Notes under the pieces: generated by a model
Seen by the model: only the letters and a program-made list of their open reading frames with translations
Databases searched by the model: none
What the model was told of the DNA's origin: nothing
Translations under genes and position numbers: made by a program
In this document: positions 1 through 10,548 of the stretch, one piece after another
Layout: each line of letters begins with the position of its first letter
How positions within the stretch are numbered: position 1 is the first letter of the stretch
Assembly (NCBI GenBank): GCA_002279705.1
Contig: NCCO01000026.1
Span: forward strand, 1-63,448
Reading direction: 5' to 3'
DNA length: 63,448 nucleotides
Origin: Bosea sp. 12-68-7
GTDB lineage: Bacteria; Pseudomonadota; Alphaproteobacteria; Rhizobiales; Beijerinckiaceae

Positions 1-432
1 GAGCATGGTCTCGATCAGGCCGCGCGCCTCGCCCTTCGGCATCGGCCGATGCAGCAGCAGCGCCTCCTCGATCTGGTTGCCGATCGTGTGCACCGGCGAA
101 AGCGAGGACATCGGTTCCTGGAAGATCATGCCGATGCGGCCGCCGCGCAGGGCGCGGATCTCCTTGCCCTCGGCCGGCAGGCCGGCGATGTCGATCGACG
201 AGCCGGTTTTCTCTGGATCGCGGAACAGGATCTCACCGCCGGTGACGGCGCCGGCGCGCGGCAGCAGGCCCATGATGGCCTGCGAGATCACCGACTTGCC
301 GGAGCCGGATTCGCCGACAAGCGCGACCGTCCTGCCGGCGGGAACGCGCAGGCTGACACCCTTCACGACATCGCGAGCGAGCCCGTGAACCGTGAAGCCG
401 ATGCGCAAATCGCCGATCCGCAGAATATCCAT
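1..432 (-). CDS. Peptide/oligopeptide-type ABC transporter ATP-binding protein (N-terminal part, runs off window)
   Basis: Own translation from ATG at 432: [47 protein letters not shown] (Walker A), later GRIGMIFQEPMSSLSPVHTIGNQI. Confidence 0.9.
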   Translation of the reverse strand, partial: MDILRIGDLRIGFTVHGLARDVVKGVSLRVPAGRTVALVGESGSGKSVISQAIMGLLPRAGAVTGGEILFRDPEKTGSSIDIAGLPAEGKEIRALRGGRIGMIFQEPMSSLSPVHTIGNQIEEALLLHRPMPKGEARGLIETML

Positions 433-748
433 CAGCCGCTTTCGCCGGAACGTCCCAACACTGCCTCACCTGACCATAGCGCACTAGACGCGGAAAGGGC
501 CGCTTTGCCAACGGGTTTCGGCTGCGTGCGTCATCGCGCCGGAGGGTGGCCGGCGCAGATGACAGCGGCACAACGGCCCCGTGCCGCCGGGCAGACGGCG
601 TGCGATCCGCGCGGGCGCCCCCAGCCCGGTCAGTTCTCCTGCAAACGGGGGACGACGCCGGATTGCGCTCGCGGCGTAGCTGGCACACATATGAAGGCCG
701 CAGGTCAGGAGACGGGCGCGCCTCCCGGCGCGCCGGCAAGGATTCCCG

Positions 749-3484
749 TTGGAGACCAACCTCTTCCGATATGTCTGGGAGAAGAGCCGCGGCGAACAGA
801 TCATCGTCCTGCTCATCATCCTGGCTTCGATCCCGTTCTATTGGGCGTCCTTCGACGTGCCGAAGCGGATCGTCAACGACGCGATCCAGGGCAATGCCTT
901 CAAGGACGGCAAGACCACCGCGACCCTGCTGGATTTCGGCCTGCACCTGCCATCCTTCCTCGGCGGGGCAAGCGTCACGCTGTTCGAGGGGTTCCAGGTC
1001 GGCCAGCTCGGACTCCTGCTCGGCCTGAGCGGCTATTTCCTGTTCCTGGTGCTGATCAACGGGGCGTTCAAATACATCATCAACGTCCGCAAAGGCATTC
1101 TGGGCGAGCGGATGCTGCGGCGCATGCGCTACGATCTGTTCAGCCAGCTGATGCGGTTCCGCCCCGAAGAGATTCGGGCGGTCAAGCCGGCCGAAGTCGC
1201 CAGCATGATCAAGGACGAGGTCGAGCCGATCGGCGGTTTCGTCGGCGACGCCTTCATCCAGCCCGTCTTCCTGCTGACGCAGGCCCTGACCGCACTCATC
1301 TTCATCATGGTGCAGAGCGTCTGGCTCGGCTCGATCGCGCTGGTGATCGTGCTCGCCCAGGCCATCATCGTGCCGATCCTGCGGCGCGAGCAGCTGCGGC
1401 TGGGGCGCGAGCGCCAGCTGGCCTCCCGTCAGCTCGCGGGGCGGATCGGCGAGATCGTCGATGCCGGACCGACCATCCAGGCCCATGGCGCGACCACCTA
1501 TGTCCAGTCCGACATTTCGGGCCGGCTGGGGCGGCTCTTTGACATCCGCTACGCGCTCTACAAGCGCAAGTTCGCGGTCAAGTTCATCAACAACCTGCTC
1601 GCCCAGATCACGCCGTTCTTCTTCTACGCGATCGGCGGCTTCTTCGCCCTGCAGGGGCGGCTCGACATCGGCCAGCTCGTCGCCGTCATCGCCGCCTATC
1701 GCGACCTGCCGCCGCCGATCAAGGAACTGATCGACTGGGACCAGCAGCGCAACGATGTGACGATCAAGTACGAGCAGGTCATCGCCCAGTTCAACGCGGA
1801 CGACACGGTCCAGCTGGACGAGCCGGGCGGCGTCGAGCGCCTGCCAGCGACCGGCGAAATCCGGCTCGACAGCGTCCAGATGCTCGACAATCGCGGCCAG
1901 CCGCTGCTGCTGCCGCTCTCGGCACGGCTGCCACGCCCGGGTCTGGTCGCCGTCGTCGGTCCGCAGGGCGGTGGTCGCGACGTGCTCGGGCGCATTCTCG
2001 GGCGGCAGGCCATGTCCTATTCGGGGCGCGTCATGCTCGACGCGGCCCCGCTGGCGCGCATGTCGGTCGAGCGTGCCAGCCATCTGATCGGCTATGCCGG
2101 CAGCGAGACCGAGATCATCGCCGGCACGATCCGGGACAACATCCTGCTGCCGCTCAAGCGGCGGCGGCCCAGCGTCCGGCCCGATGGCAAGCTTTCGGCC
2201 AGCGAGCATCGCCAGTTCGTGGAGTCGATCCGCTCGGGCAACACGCCGCTGCTCTTCGAGGCCGACTGGACCGATTACGAGGGCGCCGGCGTGGCCGACG
2301 AGGCCGCGCTGGCCGCGCGGCTCAGGGCCGTTCTCGACGTGCTCGGCTGCGCGGAAGACGTCTACGAGCTGGGGCTCGACGGCACGGTGACCGCCTCTTT
2401 GCGCGAGGATGCGAAGGCGCAGATCGTGCATGCGCGCCGGGCCGTGGCGGCGGAACTGGCGGGCAGCAAGCTGACCGGGCTGATCACCCCCTTCGATCCC
2501 GAGCAGTACAACGCCAACGCCACGATCGCCGAGAACCTGATCTTCGGCGCGCGGACGGGGCCGCGCTTCGCCAACGAGACCCTGCTGTTCGAGCCCTATG
2601 CCCATGCCATCCTGAAGGCCGAATCGCTGGTCGAGCCGCTGGTCGAGGTCGGATCGCGGATCGCGGGGACGGTGGCGGAAATCTTCGCCGGTCTGCCGCA
2701 TGGCCATGCCCTGTTCGAGCGCTACTCGTTCGGATCGGGGCTCGATTTCGACCGGCTGGCCGAACTCGCCGCGCTGCTCGAGAAGCATGACATGCGCGGC
2801 CCGCTCGATGCGGTGGCGGAGCGCGACCTCGTCGCCCTGGCGCTGGGCTATATCGAGCCCAAACACCGGCTCAACCTGCTCGACGAGCGGCTGCAGCGGC
2901 GCCTGCTGCGGGCGCGGGCGAGTTTCAAGCGTCACCTCCCCGCCGATGCGGCGGAGGACGTCGATTTCTACGACCCCGACAAGGTGATGCTGGGCGCGAG
3001 CCTGCGCGACAACCTGATGTTCGGGCGAATCGGCCACGGCATCGCCGATGCGCGCAAGAAGGTGGCGATGATCGTCCGCAAGGCGCTGGCCCGGGCCGGC
3101 CTCGACGGAGATCTCTATCGCATCGGCCTCAACACCGATTCCGGGCTCAGGGGCCGGTTCCTGCCGACACGGCTCAAGCTCGCCGTGCCGCTGGCCCAGG
3201 CGCTCATCAAGGCTCCGCAGATCGCCATCCTCGATGTCGGCGCTTTCCTCGCGACGTCGCCGGAACCCGAGCAGGTGATTGCGCGGCTGCGCGCGCATTG
3301 CGCGGAGATGACGCTGTTCCTGCTGGTCGGAGAGACCCATCTGGTCGATGACATCCCGGTCCGGATCGTCTTCAATGGTTCCGCGGCGACCATCGAAAGC
3401 GGCGACGAGGCCGGTGACGAGCCGTTCGCCGCCCCTGCACCCGGGCAGGGCGCCCGCAGCAAGCCGATGGAGGCGAGACCATGA
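749..3484 (+). CDS. ABC exporter-type protein: transmembrane domain plus split, degenerate nucleotide-binding domain
   Basis: N-terminal ABC_membrane-like helices; Walker A-like GPQGGGRD; AQALIKAPQIAILD Walker B-like; TTG start; stop overlaps next ATG. Confidence 0.85.
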   Translation: METNLFRYVWEKSRGEQIIVLLIILASIPFYWASFDVPKRIVNDAIQGNAFKDGKTTATLLDFGLHLPSFLGGASVTLFEGFQVGQLGLLLGLSGYFLFLVLINGAFKYIINVRKGILGERMLRRMRYDLFSQLMRFRPEEIRAVKPAEVASMIKDEVEPIGGFVGDAFIQPVFLLTQALTALIFIMVQSVWLGSIALVIVLAQAIIVPILRREQLRLGRERQLASRQLAGRIGEIVDAGPTIQAHGATTYVQSDISGRLGRLFDIRYALYKRKFAVKFINNLLAQITPFFFYAIGGFFALQGRLDIGQLVAVIAAYRDLPPPIKELIDWDQQRNDVTIKYEQVIAQFNADDTVQLDEPGGVERLPATGEIRLDSVQMLDNRGQPLLLPLSARLPRPGLVAVVGPQGGGRDVLGRILGRQAMSYSGRVMLDAAPLARMSVERASHLIGYAGSETEIIAGTIRDNILLPLKRRRPSVRPDGKLSASEHRQFVESIRSGNTPLLFEADWTDYEGAGVADEAALAARLRAVLDVLGCAEDVYELGLDGTVTASLREDAKAQIVHARRAVAAELAGSKLTGLITPFDPEQYNANATIAENLIFGARTGPRFANETLLFEPYAHAILKAESLVEPLVEVGSRIAGTVAEIFAGLPHGHALFERYSFGSGLDFDRLAELAALLEKHDMRGPLDAVAERDLVALALGYIEPKHRLNLLDERLQRRLLRARASFKRHLPADAAEDVDFYDPDKVMLGASLRDNLMFGRIGHGIADARKKVAMIVRKALARAGLDGDLYRIGLNTDSGLRGRFLPTRLKLAVPLAQALIKAPQIAILDVGAFLATSPEPEQVIARLRAHCAEMTLFLLVGETHLVDDIPVRIVFNGSAATIESGDEAGDEPFAAPAPGQGARSKPMEARP

Positions 3485-3930
3485 CACTCGAAGCCGACCT
3501 CGCCTGCCTGCGCCAGCTGCCGCTGTTCCGGGCGCTGCCGCCGCCCCGGCTCAAGCTGGTGGCGCTGATGGGCGAAAAGCTGCATTTCGAGGCGGGGACG
3601 CAGATCATCGCCGAGGGCGAGGCGCCCGACGGGGTCTTCGTCATCCTCCACGGCCAGCTCGAGATCTCCCATCTCGGGCCAGACGGCACCGGGCCGAGGC
3701 TGCCGCTCAGCTTCGGCAGCCTCATCGGCGACGTGCCGCTTCTGGCCGGGGGTAGCTTCGTCGGTGCCGTGACCGCCAAGACGGATGTGGCGGCGCTGCG
3801 TCTGCCGAAGGATCTGTTCTTCGAGCTGCTCGAGACGGTGCCGGATTTCAGCCTCGCGCTGACGAAGGACCTGGCGTCGCGCCTCTACCGCTTCGCCGAC
3901 ATGACGCTGCATGCGGAGAAGGTGCATTGA
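3481..3930 (+). CDS. Stand-alone cyclic nucleotide-binding domain protein
   Basis: LRQLPLFRAL...FEAGTQIIAEGEAPDGVFVILHGQLEI...GSLIGDVPLL CNB pattern; ATGA overlap with upstream gene. Confidence 0.9.
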   Translation: MTLEADLACLRQLPLFRALPPPRLKLVALMGEKLHFEAGTQIIAEGEAPDGVFVILHGQLEISHLGPDGTGPRLPLSFGSLIGDVPLLAGGSFVGAVTAKTDVAALRLPKDLFFELLETVPDFSLALTKDLASRLYRFADMTLHAEKVH

Positions 3931-3946
3931 CGATCGGGACCTCGCG

Positions 3947-5655
3947 ATGAGCCTGCAACAGACGGCGGGACGACGCACCGGCATGGGCGCCGGTATGGAG
4001 CAGGTTTCGTCGTGGAGCCGCGACATCCGCTTCGCCTCGGGCATGGTGCTGCTGTTCTTCGCGACCACGCATTTCCTCAATCATGCCGCCGGCATCGCCG
4101 GCGTCGCGGCGATGGAGCATGTGCAGGCGTGGCGCTACTGGCTCTGGCATTCCTGGGCGGGGACGGTCGCGCTCTACGGCGCGCTGATCGTCCACCCTTT
4201 CTTCGCGCTGGTGCGCGTGGCGCAGCGGCGCACCTTCAAGATGCCGGCGCGCGAGATGCTGCAGATCGCGCTCGGGCTCGCCATTCCGCTGTTCCTGATC
4301 GACCACATCGTCGGCACACGCGTGATGGGCAGCTTGTTCCATCTCGACGAAAGCTATCCGGCCGTTCTGCGTCGCCTCTGGCCCGGCCTTGCCACCTCGC
4401 AATCCGTGCTGCTGCTGCTGGTCTGGGCGCATGGCATCATCGGCCTGCATTTCACGCTGCGCTCGCGCGACGGCTATGAGCGCTGGCGGGACCCCTTCCT
4501 GCTCGCTGCGATCCTGATCCCGATCCTGGCGCTGATCGGTTTCGCGGTCGGCGGGCGAGAGGCAGGCCGCATGACGATGGCGCCCGATATCATCACCGAT
4601 GCCCAGATCGTGATGTTCAATCAGAACGTGACCTGGGCGAAGACGATTTTCTACGGGCTCGTCGGCGGCTTCGTCGCCTTCGTCGGCATCCGCGAGATCC
4701 GCGTGCGGACGACGCGGCAGATCACCGTGCGCTTCGTCGGCCATGGCGTACGCAAGCTCGCCCCCGGCGCAACCGTGCTGGAGATGTTCCGGCGGTTCGG
4801 GATTCCCCATGCCGCGCTCTGCGGCGGGCGGGCCCGCTGCGCGACCTGCCGCGTGCTGGTGCTCGACGGCGGCGACGGCCTGCCGCCGCCGGGGCCCAAC
4901 GAGGCGAAGCTGCTGCGGCGGATCGCGGCGCCGGACCGGGTGCGGCTCGCCTGCCAGATCCGGCCGCGTGACGATCTCCAGGTGCAGATCCTGCTCGCCT
5001 CGCGCCTGAACCCGACGACGCCGAGCCAGCTCGAGACCGACGCCAATATCGGCAAGCGCGGCCTCACCGTCGTCGTTGCCGATCTGCGGGCCTTCTCGGA
5101 CCTGTCGGCGCGGCAATTGCCGCAGGAACTGATCGGGCTCCTCAACCGCTTCTTCGACGAGATGGCCCAGGCGTCGGCATTCATAGCGGCCAGGCGATCA
5201 CGGGTGCGGTCGAGAACGACAGCCTGGGGCGCCGCGACATCACGGTCGGCGAGACCGTGGCGGTGGCGATGCAACTCGAACTGGCGACGCGGCGGGTGCT
5301 GGCCGACATCCTCGTCTCCGAGGACACGATCCGCGCCAGCGGCCGCAGCTATCGCGGCACGACGTCGCTCAAGATCACGATCCGGGGGCGCGAGAAGCCG
5401 CTCAGCGCGGTCGGCTTCGCCAGCGCCCCCGAACTCGCCGATGCGGTGGACGACAGCGGGGCGGCCGAACCGACGCTGATCGAGGCGACGGTCGCGGCCG
5501 CTCCGGACGCCGTGGAGGCTGGTGCGGGTGGGGATGGTTTTGCCCCGGCGCCTGTTCCCGAAGCGACGACGTCGGAGGAGCCGGCGCCGGTCAAGCCGCG
5601 CCGGACACCGCGCCGCAAGGCCACGGCGAAGGCGCCCGACGATCCTGCCAGCTAG
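3947..5655 (+). pseudogene. Membrane-bound adenylate/guanylate cyclase-like protein with 2Fe-2S ferredoxin domain; internal deletion/frameshift near 5170
   Basis: TM region; CGGRARCATC...RLACQ ferredoxin motif; VVVADLRAFSDLS...LNRFFDEMAQA; the frame then switches to VGIHSGQAITG...GETVAVAMQLE ending at 5655. Confidence 0.8.
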
Positions 5656-5660
5656 CGCCC

Positions 5661-6263
5661 TCAGGCCGGTCCATAGGCGAGAAGGTGGCGTTGGTGGAAG
5701 CCGGCCGCGCGCAGGGCGGCGTCATTGATCGTTAGCTCCAGATCAATGGCCGGCGCGTCGCTCCGGGTTGCCATCAGGGCGCCGATCTGGCCCTGCGCCC
5801 GTTCCAGCTCCCGCGCATAGTCGATCACCAGCACCGTGGCGCCCGCCGCCAGGGCGAGCAGCTCGGGCGGCACCGCGCCCCGACGGCCAAAGGGCTTGAG
5901 CGAGAGGCCGAGCAGGACCAGCGCATAGCGGCCGGGCGGCGCCAGCGCCACCTCCTGCAGCTTGGCGGCGATGTGGCGCAGCCGGCAGGGCGCGCCGTTC
6001 AGCGTGTCAGCGGCGTAGGCGGGAATCTTGGGGTCGACCACGGTGACGCTGGCCGGCCGGTGCGTCAGGAAGCCGGTGATCGGGAGACCGGCGCCGCCGA
6101 TCTCGACAACATGGGGGCAGTGACGCACCGCATGGGCCGCCAGCACCTGCCGCAGGGCCGCGGCGGCGCCGGCAAGATGCGGCAGGCGGGTGCCGGCGAG
6201 GGCGTCCGCAGCCGGGCCGGCTTCGCTGGCCTTTGCAGGCGCGCTTGCATATGGTCCCGCCAC
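5661..6263 (-). CDS. Hypothetical protein, possible SAM-binding Rossmann fold
   Basis: 200-aa ORF filling the gap; VVEIGGAG followed by VTVVDPKI resembles methyltransferase motifs I/II. Confidence 0.6.
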   Translation of the reverse strand: MAGPYASAPAKASEAGPAADALAGTRLPHLAGAAAALRQVLAAHAVRHCPHVVEIGGAGLPITGFLTHRPASVTVVDPKIPAYAADTLNGAPCRLRHIAAKLQEVALAPPGRYALVLLGLSLKPFGRRGAVPPELLALAAGATVLVIDYARELERAQGQIGALMATRSDAPAIDLELTINDAALRAAGFHQRHLLAYGPA

Positions 6264-6289
6264 CTTCGATCCCCGCTTTCCGAAACGAC

Positions 6290-6952
6290 ATGACGTCCGA
6301 CGCGCCGCCCGACGCCTTCTATGACATTCTGCGCGGCGTCGCAGCCCTGACCGGTCACCGCGTCGTCGGCGATCTCGCCCGCCTCGTCGCCGACGGGATG
6401 CCGCCCGATCTCTGGATCGCTTTCAACCACAAGCAGATCGGTTCGAAGCGCTGGCTGGTCGACGCGCTGGCGCAGACGCTGCCGCGGCCCGGCGGCCCGG
6501 TCTGGGTGCTCGGAGCATGGTACGGCGTGCTGGGCGCGCTGCTGCTCGACGACAACAGGCTGTCCATTCCCGCTGTCGTCAGCGTCGATCTCGACCCGGC
6601 CTGCGCGCCCGTCGCCGAACGGCTGAACCGCCGCCATGTCGCCGAGGGACGGTTCCGCGCTGTGACCGCGGACATGACGACGCTGGATTTCGCGGCGCAG
6701 CAGCCGAAGCCCGGGCTGGTGATCAACACGAGCTGCGAGCATCTGGCGGACGTGCCGGGTTGGCTCGCCACGCTGCCGCCGGGGCTGCCGCTGCTGCTGC
6801 AGTCGAACGATTATGTCCGCGAGCCCGACCATCGCAGCTGCGTGCCCTCGCTCGAGGCGTTCCGGGCACAGGCCAGCCTCTCGGAGACGCTCTTCGCCGG
6901 GGCGCTGCCGACGAAGAACTACACCCGGTTCATGCTGATCGGCCGGCGATGA
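6290..6952 (+). CDS. Class I SAM-dependent methyltransferase-like protein
   Basis: VWVLGAWYG, VVSVDLDP, VINTSCEH, LLQSND motifs; stop overlaps glycosyltransferase ATG. Confidence 0.8.
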   Translation: MTSDAPPDAFYDILRGVAALTGHRVVGDLARLVADGMPPDLWIAFNHKQIGSKRWLVDALAQTLPRPGGPVWVLGAWYGVLGALLLDDNRLSIPAVVSVDLDPACAPVAERLNRRHVAEGRFRAVTADMTTLDFAAQQPKPGLVINTSCEHLADVPGWLATLPPGLPLLLQSNDYVREPDHRSCVPSLEAFRAQASLSETLFAGALPTKNYTRFMLIGRR

Positions 6953-8190
6953 CGGAGCCCTGTATCGCCATTGCCATGAAGGGCTATCCGCGCCTGTCGG
7001 AGACCTTCATCGCGCAGGAGCTGCTCGGCCTGCAGCAGCGCGGCCTGCCCTTCGCGATCTGGTCGCTGCGGCGCCCGACCGATGCCGCCCGCCACCTGAT
7101 GCACGACCAGATCAGCGTGCCGTTGCGCTATCTGCCGGAGTATCTGCACGAGGAGCCCGGGCGTGTGCTGCGCGGCGTCCTCGGCGCGCTGACGCGGCCC
7201 GGTCTGCTGCGGCTGCTGCCGGTCTTTCTGCGCGATCTTACCCGTGATCGCACGCGCAACCGCCTGCGCCGCTTCGGCCAGGCCTGCGTGATGGCGCGCG
7301 AGCTGCCGGCGGCGACCACGCATCTTCACGTCCATTACCTGCACACGCCGGCCTCGGTGATCCGCTACGCCGCCCTGCTGCGCGGCATCGGCTGGTCGTT
7401 CTCGGCCCATGCCAAGGACATCTGGACGACGCTGGACTGGGAAAAGCGCGAGAAGATCGCGGATGCCGCCTGGGGCGTGACCTGCACGCAGGACGGCCAC
7501 CGCGAATTGCAGCGCCTGGCCGACCGGCCCGACAAGGTCGCGCTGGTCTATCACGGGCTCGATCTCGGCCGCTTTCCGGCGCCCCCGCCGCGCCCGCCGC
7601 GCGACGGCCGCGACCCGGCCGACCCGGTTCGCATCGTCACCATCGGCCGGGCGGTCGAGAAGAAGGGTTTTGATGATCTGCTGGCGGCGCTGGCGCGGCT
7701 GCCGGCCGGGCTGCACTGGCGGCTGACGCATATCGGCGGCGGCGAGAAGCTCAAGGCGCTGCAGGCGCAGGCTGCCACTCTCGGGCTCGGCGACCGCGTG
7801 ACCTGGGCGGGCCCGAAGGCGCAGGGCGATGTCATCGCCGCGCTGCGCGAGGCCGATCTCTTCGTGCTGCCCTCGCGCAAGGCTGGTGACGGCGACCGCG
7901 ACGGGCTGCCCAATGTGGTGATGGAGGCGGCGAGCCAGGCCCTGCCGATCGTCGCCACCGATTTCGCCGGGATTCCGGAGTTCGTGCGCGATGGCGTCGA
8001 GGGGCTGCTGGTGCCGCCCGGCGACGTCGCGGCCCTGGCGCAGGCGCTCGCCGGTCTCGCGGAGGCGCCGGACCGGCGGGCCGCGCTCGGCCAGGCGGCG
8101 CTGGCCCGGTTGACGAGCGCCTTCTCGGCCGCGGCGGGGCTGGACGGGATCGCGGCGCGGCTGCGCGCCTCGGCGGGGCTCGCGCCGTGA
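6949..8190 (+). CDS. Glycosyltransferase family 4
   Basis: KGYPRLSETFI; IGRAVEKKG; DGLPNVVMEA GT-B motif. Confidence 0.92.
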   Translation: MTEPCIAIAMKGYPRLSETFIAQELLGLQQRGLPFAIWSLRRPTDAARHLMHDQISVPLRYLPEYLHEEPGRVLRGVLGALTRPGLLRLLPVFLRDLTRDRTRNRLRRFGQACVMARELPAATTHLHVHYLHTPASVIRYAALLRGIGWSFSAHAKDIWTTLDWEKREKIADAAWGVTCTQDGHRELQRLADRPDKVALVYHGLDLGRFPAPPPRPPRDGRDPADPVRIVTIGRAVEKKGFDDLLAALARLPAGLHWRLTHIGGGEKLKALQAQAATLGLGDRVTWAGPKAQGDVIAALREADLFVLPSRKAGDGDRDGLPNVVMEAASQALPIVATDFAGIPEFVRDGVEGLLVPPGDVAALAQALAGLAEAPDRRAALGQAALARLTSAFSAAAGLDGIAARLRASAGLAP

Positions 8191-9368
8191 GCGTCGAGAG
8201 GGGGCCGGCGCGCGTCCTGATCGCGGTGACGCATCTGCTCGGCAGCGGCCATCTGGTGCGGGCGGCGCAACTGGCGCGGGCCCTGGCCGAGGCTGGCTTT
8301 TCCGTGACGCTGGCGAGCGGCGGGATGCCGCTGCGTGACATGACGGGCGAGGCCTTCGCCTTCGTGCAGTTGCCCCCGGTCAAGGTCGAGGGGCTGGATT
8401 TCCGCAACCTGCTGGACGAGGCGGGCACCCCGATCGAGGCCGGCCGGCTGGCGCGGCGCCGGGCCATGCTCGCCGCGCTGGCGACGACATTGAAGCCCGA
8501 TGTCGTCGTGACCGAGCATTTCCCCTTCGGCCGCCGGCAGCTGGCGGAGGAGTTCCTGACGCTGATCGCGGCGGCGAAGGCTGCCAATCCGTTTGCGCTC
8601 GTGCTGGCCTCGGTGCGCGACGTGCTGGTGACGCCGCGCCCGGACCGGATCGCGGAGGCGGAGGGCCGCCTGGCTTTGCTGTTCGACGGCGTGCTCGTCC
8701 ATGGCGACCGGAGCTTCCTGCCGCTGGAGGCCTCCTGGCCGGTTTCGCCGGCCCTGGCGGAGCGGCTGCACTATACGGGCTATCTGGCGCCGCCGTCGGT
8801 GCCGGCGCCCGCATCGGCCGGTGGCGAGGGCGCGGGCGAGGTCATCGTCTCGGGCGGCGGTTCGGCCGCGGCGCTGCCGCTGTTCCGGCTCTGCCTCGGG
8901 GCGGCGCGGCTTTGCGAGCCCTCGCGTCACTGGCGCATCCTCGTCGGCAAGGGCGTGGCGGAGAGCGATTTCGCCGCACTGCGGCAAACGGCCTCGCCCA
9001 ACGTCACGGTCGAGCGTGCGCGAGCGGATTTTCCGGCCCTGCTGGCGCGCTCGGCGCTGTCGATCAGCCAGGCCGGCTACAACACCGTGCTCGACCTCGT
9101 CGCGGCGGGCCGGCCGGCGATCGTCGTGCCCTTCGACGAGGGCGCCGAGACGGAGCAGGCGATCCGGGCCGAGGCGATGGAAAGGGCGGGACTGGCGCGC
9201 TGCCTGAGGCTGTCGGGGCCGGAGCCGGCCCGCCCGGCCGATCTGGTCGCCGCGGTCACCGCCGCGCTGGCGTGCGAGGTGCCCGCGCGCCCGGCGATCG
9301 ATCTCGACGGGTCGGGCCGGATCGCCGGCCTCCTGAGACGCCTCCTGGCGACGCAGGCGCGCGGCTGA
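8187..9368 (+). CDS. Glycosyltransferase (GT28 C-terminal-like)
   Basis: [29 protein letters not shown] motifs; GTGA overlap. Confidence 0.88.
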   Translation: MSVERGPARVLIAVTHLLGSGHLVRAAQLARALAEAGFSVTLASGGMPLRDMTGEAFAFVQLPPVKVEGLDFRNLLDEAGTPIEAGRLARRRAMLAALATTLKPDVVVTEHFPFGRRQLAEEFLTLIAAAKAANPFALVLASVRDVLVTPRPDRIAEAEGRLALLFDGVLVHGDRSFLPLEASWPVSPALAERLHYTGYLAPPSVPAPASAGGEGAGEVIVSGGGSAAALPLFRLCLGAARLCEPSRHWRILVGKGVAESDFAALRQTASPNVTVERARADFPALLARSALSISQAGYNTVLDLVAAGRPAIVVPFDEGAETEQAIRAEAMERAGLARCLRLSGPEPARPADLVAAVTAALACEVPARPAIDLDGSGRIAGLLRRLLATQARG

Positions 9369-9547
9369 CGAGCCTCCGGCGGCACGGCTCTTGCCATGGC
9401 CGGCATGCCTGCCGCGTAGTGCCGACCCGGCGCTTTGCGAATTGCCGGTCCTGGGCTTTGCCTCTAATTAGGAGGCATTGCCTCCCTCCTCGGTCGGCGT
9501 CGGGACAACCGGTCTTCCCCGGTCACGCTCCCACGCCCGGAGACTTG

Positions 9548-10534
9548 ATGATGACAACGACGACTGCCGCCGGCCTGCCCGACATCAAGCTGTCGGTGCG
9601 CCAGACCTTCGGGATCGATTCGGATCTGGAGGTGCCGGCCTATTCGACGACCGAGGCGCATGTGCCCGATCTCGACCCCGATTACCGTTTCGACCACGAC
9701 ACCACGATCGCGATCCTGGCGGGCTTCGCCCACAACCGGCGCGTGATGATCTCGGGCTATCACGGCACCGGCAAGTCGACCCATATCGAGCAGGTCGCAG
9801 CGCGCCTCAACTGGCCCTGCGTGCGCGTCAACCTCGACAGCCACGTCTCCCGCCTCGATCTCGTCGGCAAGGACGCGATCGTGCTGAAGGAAGGCAAGCA
9901 GATCACCGAGTTCCAGGACGGCATTCTGCCCTGGGCGCTGCAGAACAACATCGCGCTCGTCTTCGACGAATACGACGCCGGCCGCCCGGACGTGATGTTC
10001 GTGATCCAGCGCGTGCTCGAGCAGTCCGGCAAGCTGACGCTGCTCGACCAGAAGCGCGTCATCCGTCCCCACCCCGCCTTCCGCCTGTTCGCCACCGCCA
10101 ATACGGTGGGCCTCGGCGACACCTCGGGCCTCTATCACGGCACGCAGCAGATCAACCAAGGCCAGATGGACCGCTGGTCGATCGTGACCACGCTGAACTA
10201 CCTGCCGCATGACAACGAGGTCGAGATCGTCCTGGCGAAGTCGAAGCACTTCCAGGGCACGCCGGAAGGCCGCAGCGTCATCGACAAGATGGTCCGCGTC
10301 GCCGACCTGACCCGCAACGCCTTCATGAACGGCGATCTCTCGACGGTGATGAGCCCGCGCACGGTCATCACCTGGGCCGAGAACGCCGCGATCTTCGGCG
10401 ATGTCGGCTTCGCCTTCCGCGTCACCTTCCTGAACAAGTGCGACGAGATGGAGCGCACGCTGGTGGCCGAGTTCTACCAGCGCTCCTTCGGCAAGGAACT
10501 GCCGGAGAGCGCGGCCAACGTGGTCCTGAGCTGA
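9548..10534 (+). CDS. cobS: Cobaltochelatase subunit CobS (AAA+)
   Basis: [30 protein letters not shown]; [20 protein letters not shown]. Confidence 0.97.
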   Translation: MMTTTTAAGLPDIKLSVRQTFGIDSDLEVPAYSTTEAHVPDLDPDYRFDHDTTIAILAGFAHNRRVMISGYHGTGKSTHIEQVAARLNWPCVRVNLDSHVSRLDLVGKDAIVLKEGKQITEFQDGILPWALQNNIALVFDEYDAGRPDVMFVIQRVLEQSGKLTLLDQKRVIRPHPAFRLFATANTVGLGDTSGLYHGTQQINQGQMDRWSIVTTLNYLPHDNEVEIVLAKSKHFQGTPEGRSVIDKMVRVADLTRNAFMNGDLSTVMSPRTVITWAENAAIFGDVGFAFRVTFLNKCDEMERTLVAEFYQRSFGKELPESAANVVLS

Positions 10535-10548
10535 CGGCCGTCCCCGCC

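Noticed and set aside
233-3487. 1084-aa minus-strand ORF
   Set aside because: Antisense shadow of the ABC gene in high-GC DNA; no recognisable motifs
9369-9547. Cobalamin riboswitch upstream of cobS
   Set aside because: No B12-box or GGGAA...GCCCCCGCAACTGT-type motif is visible; only a small hairpin at about 9459-9478
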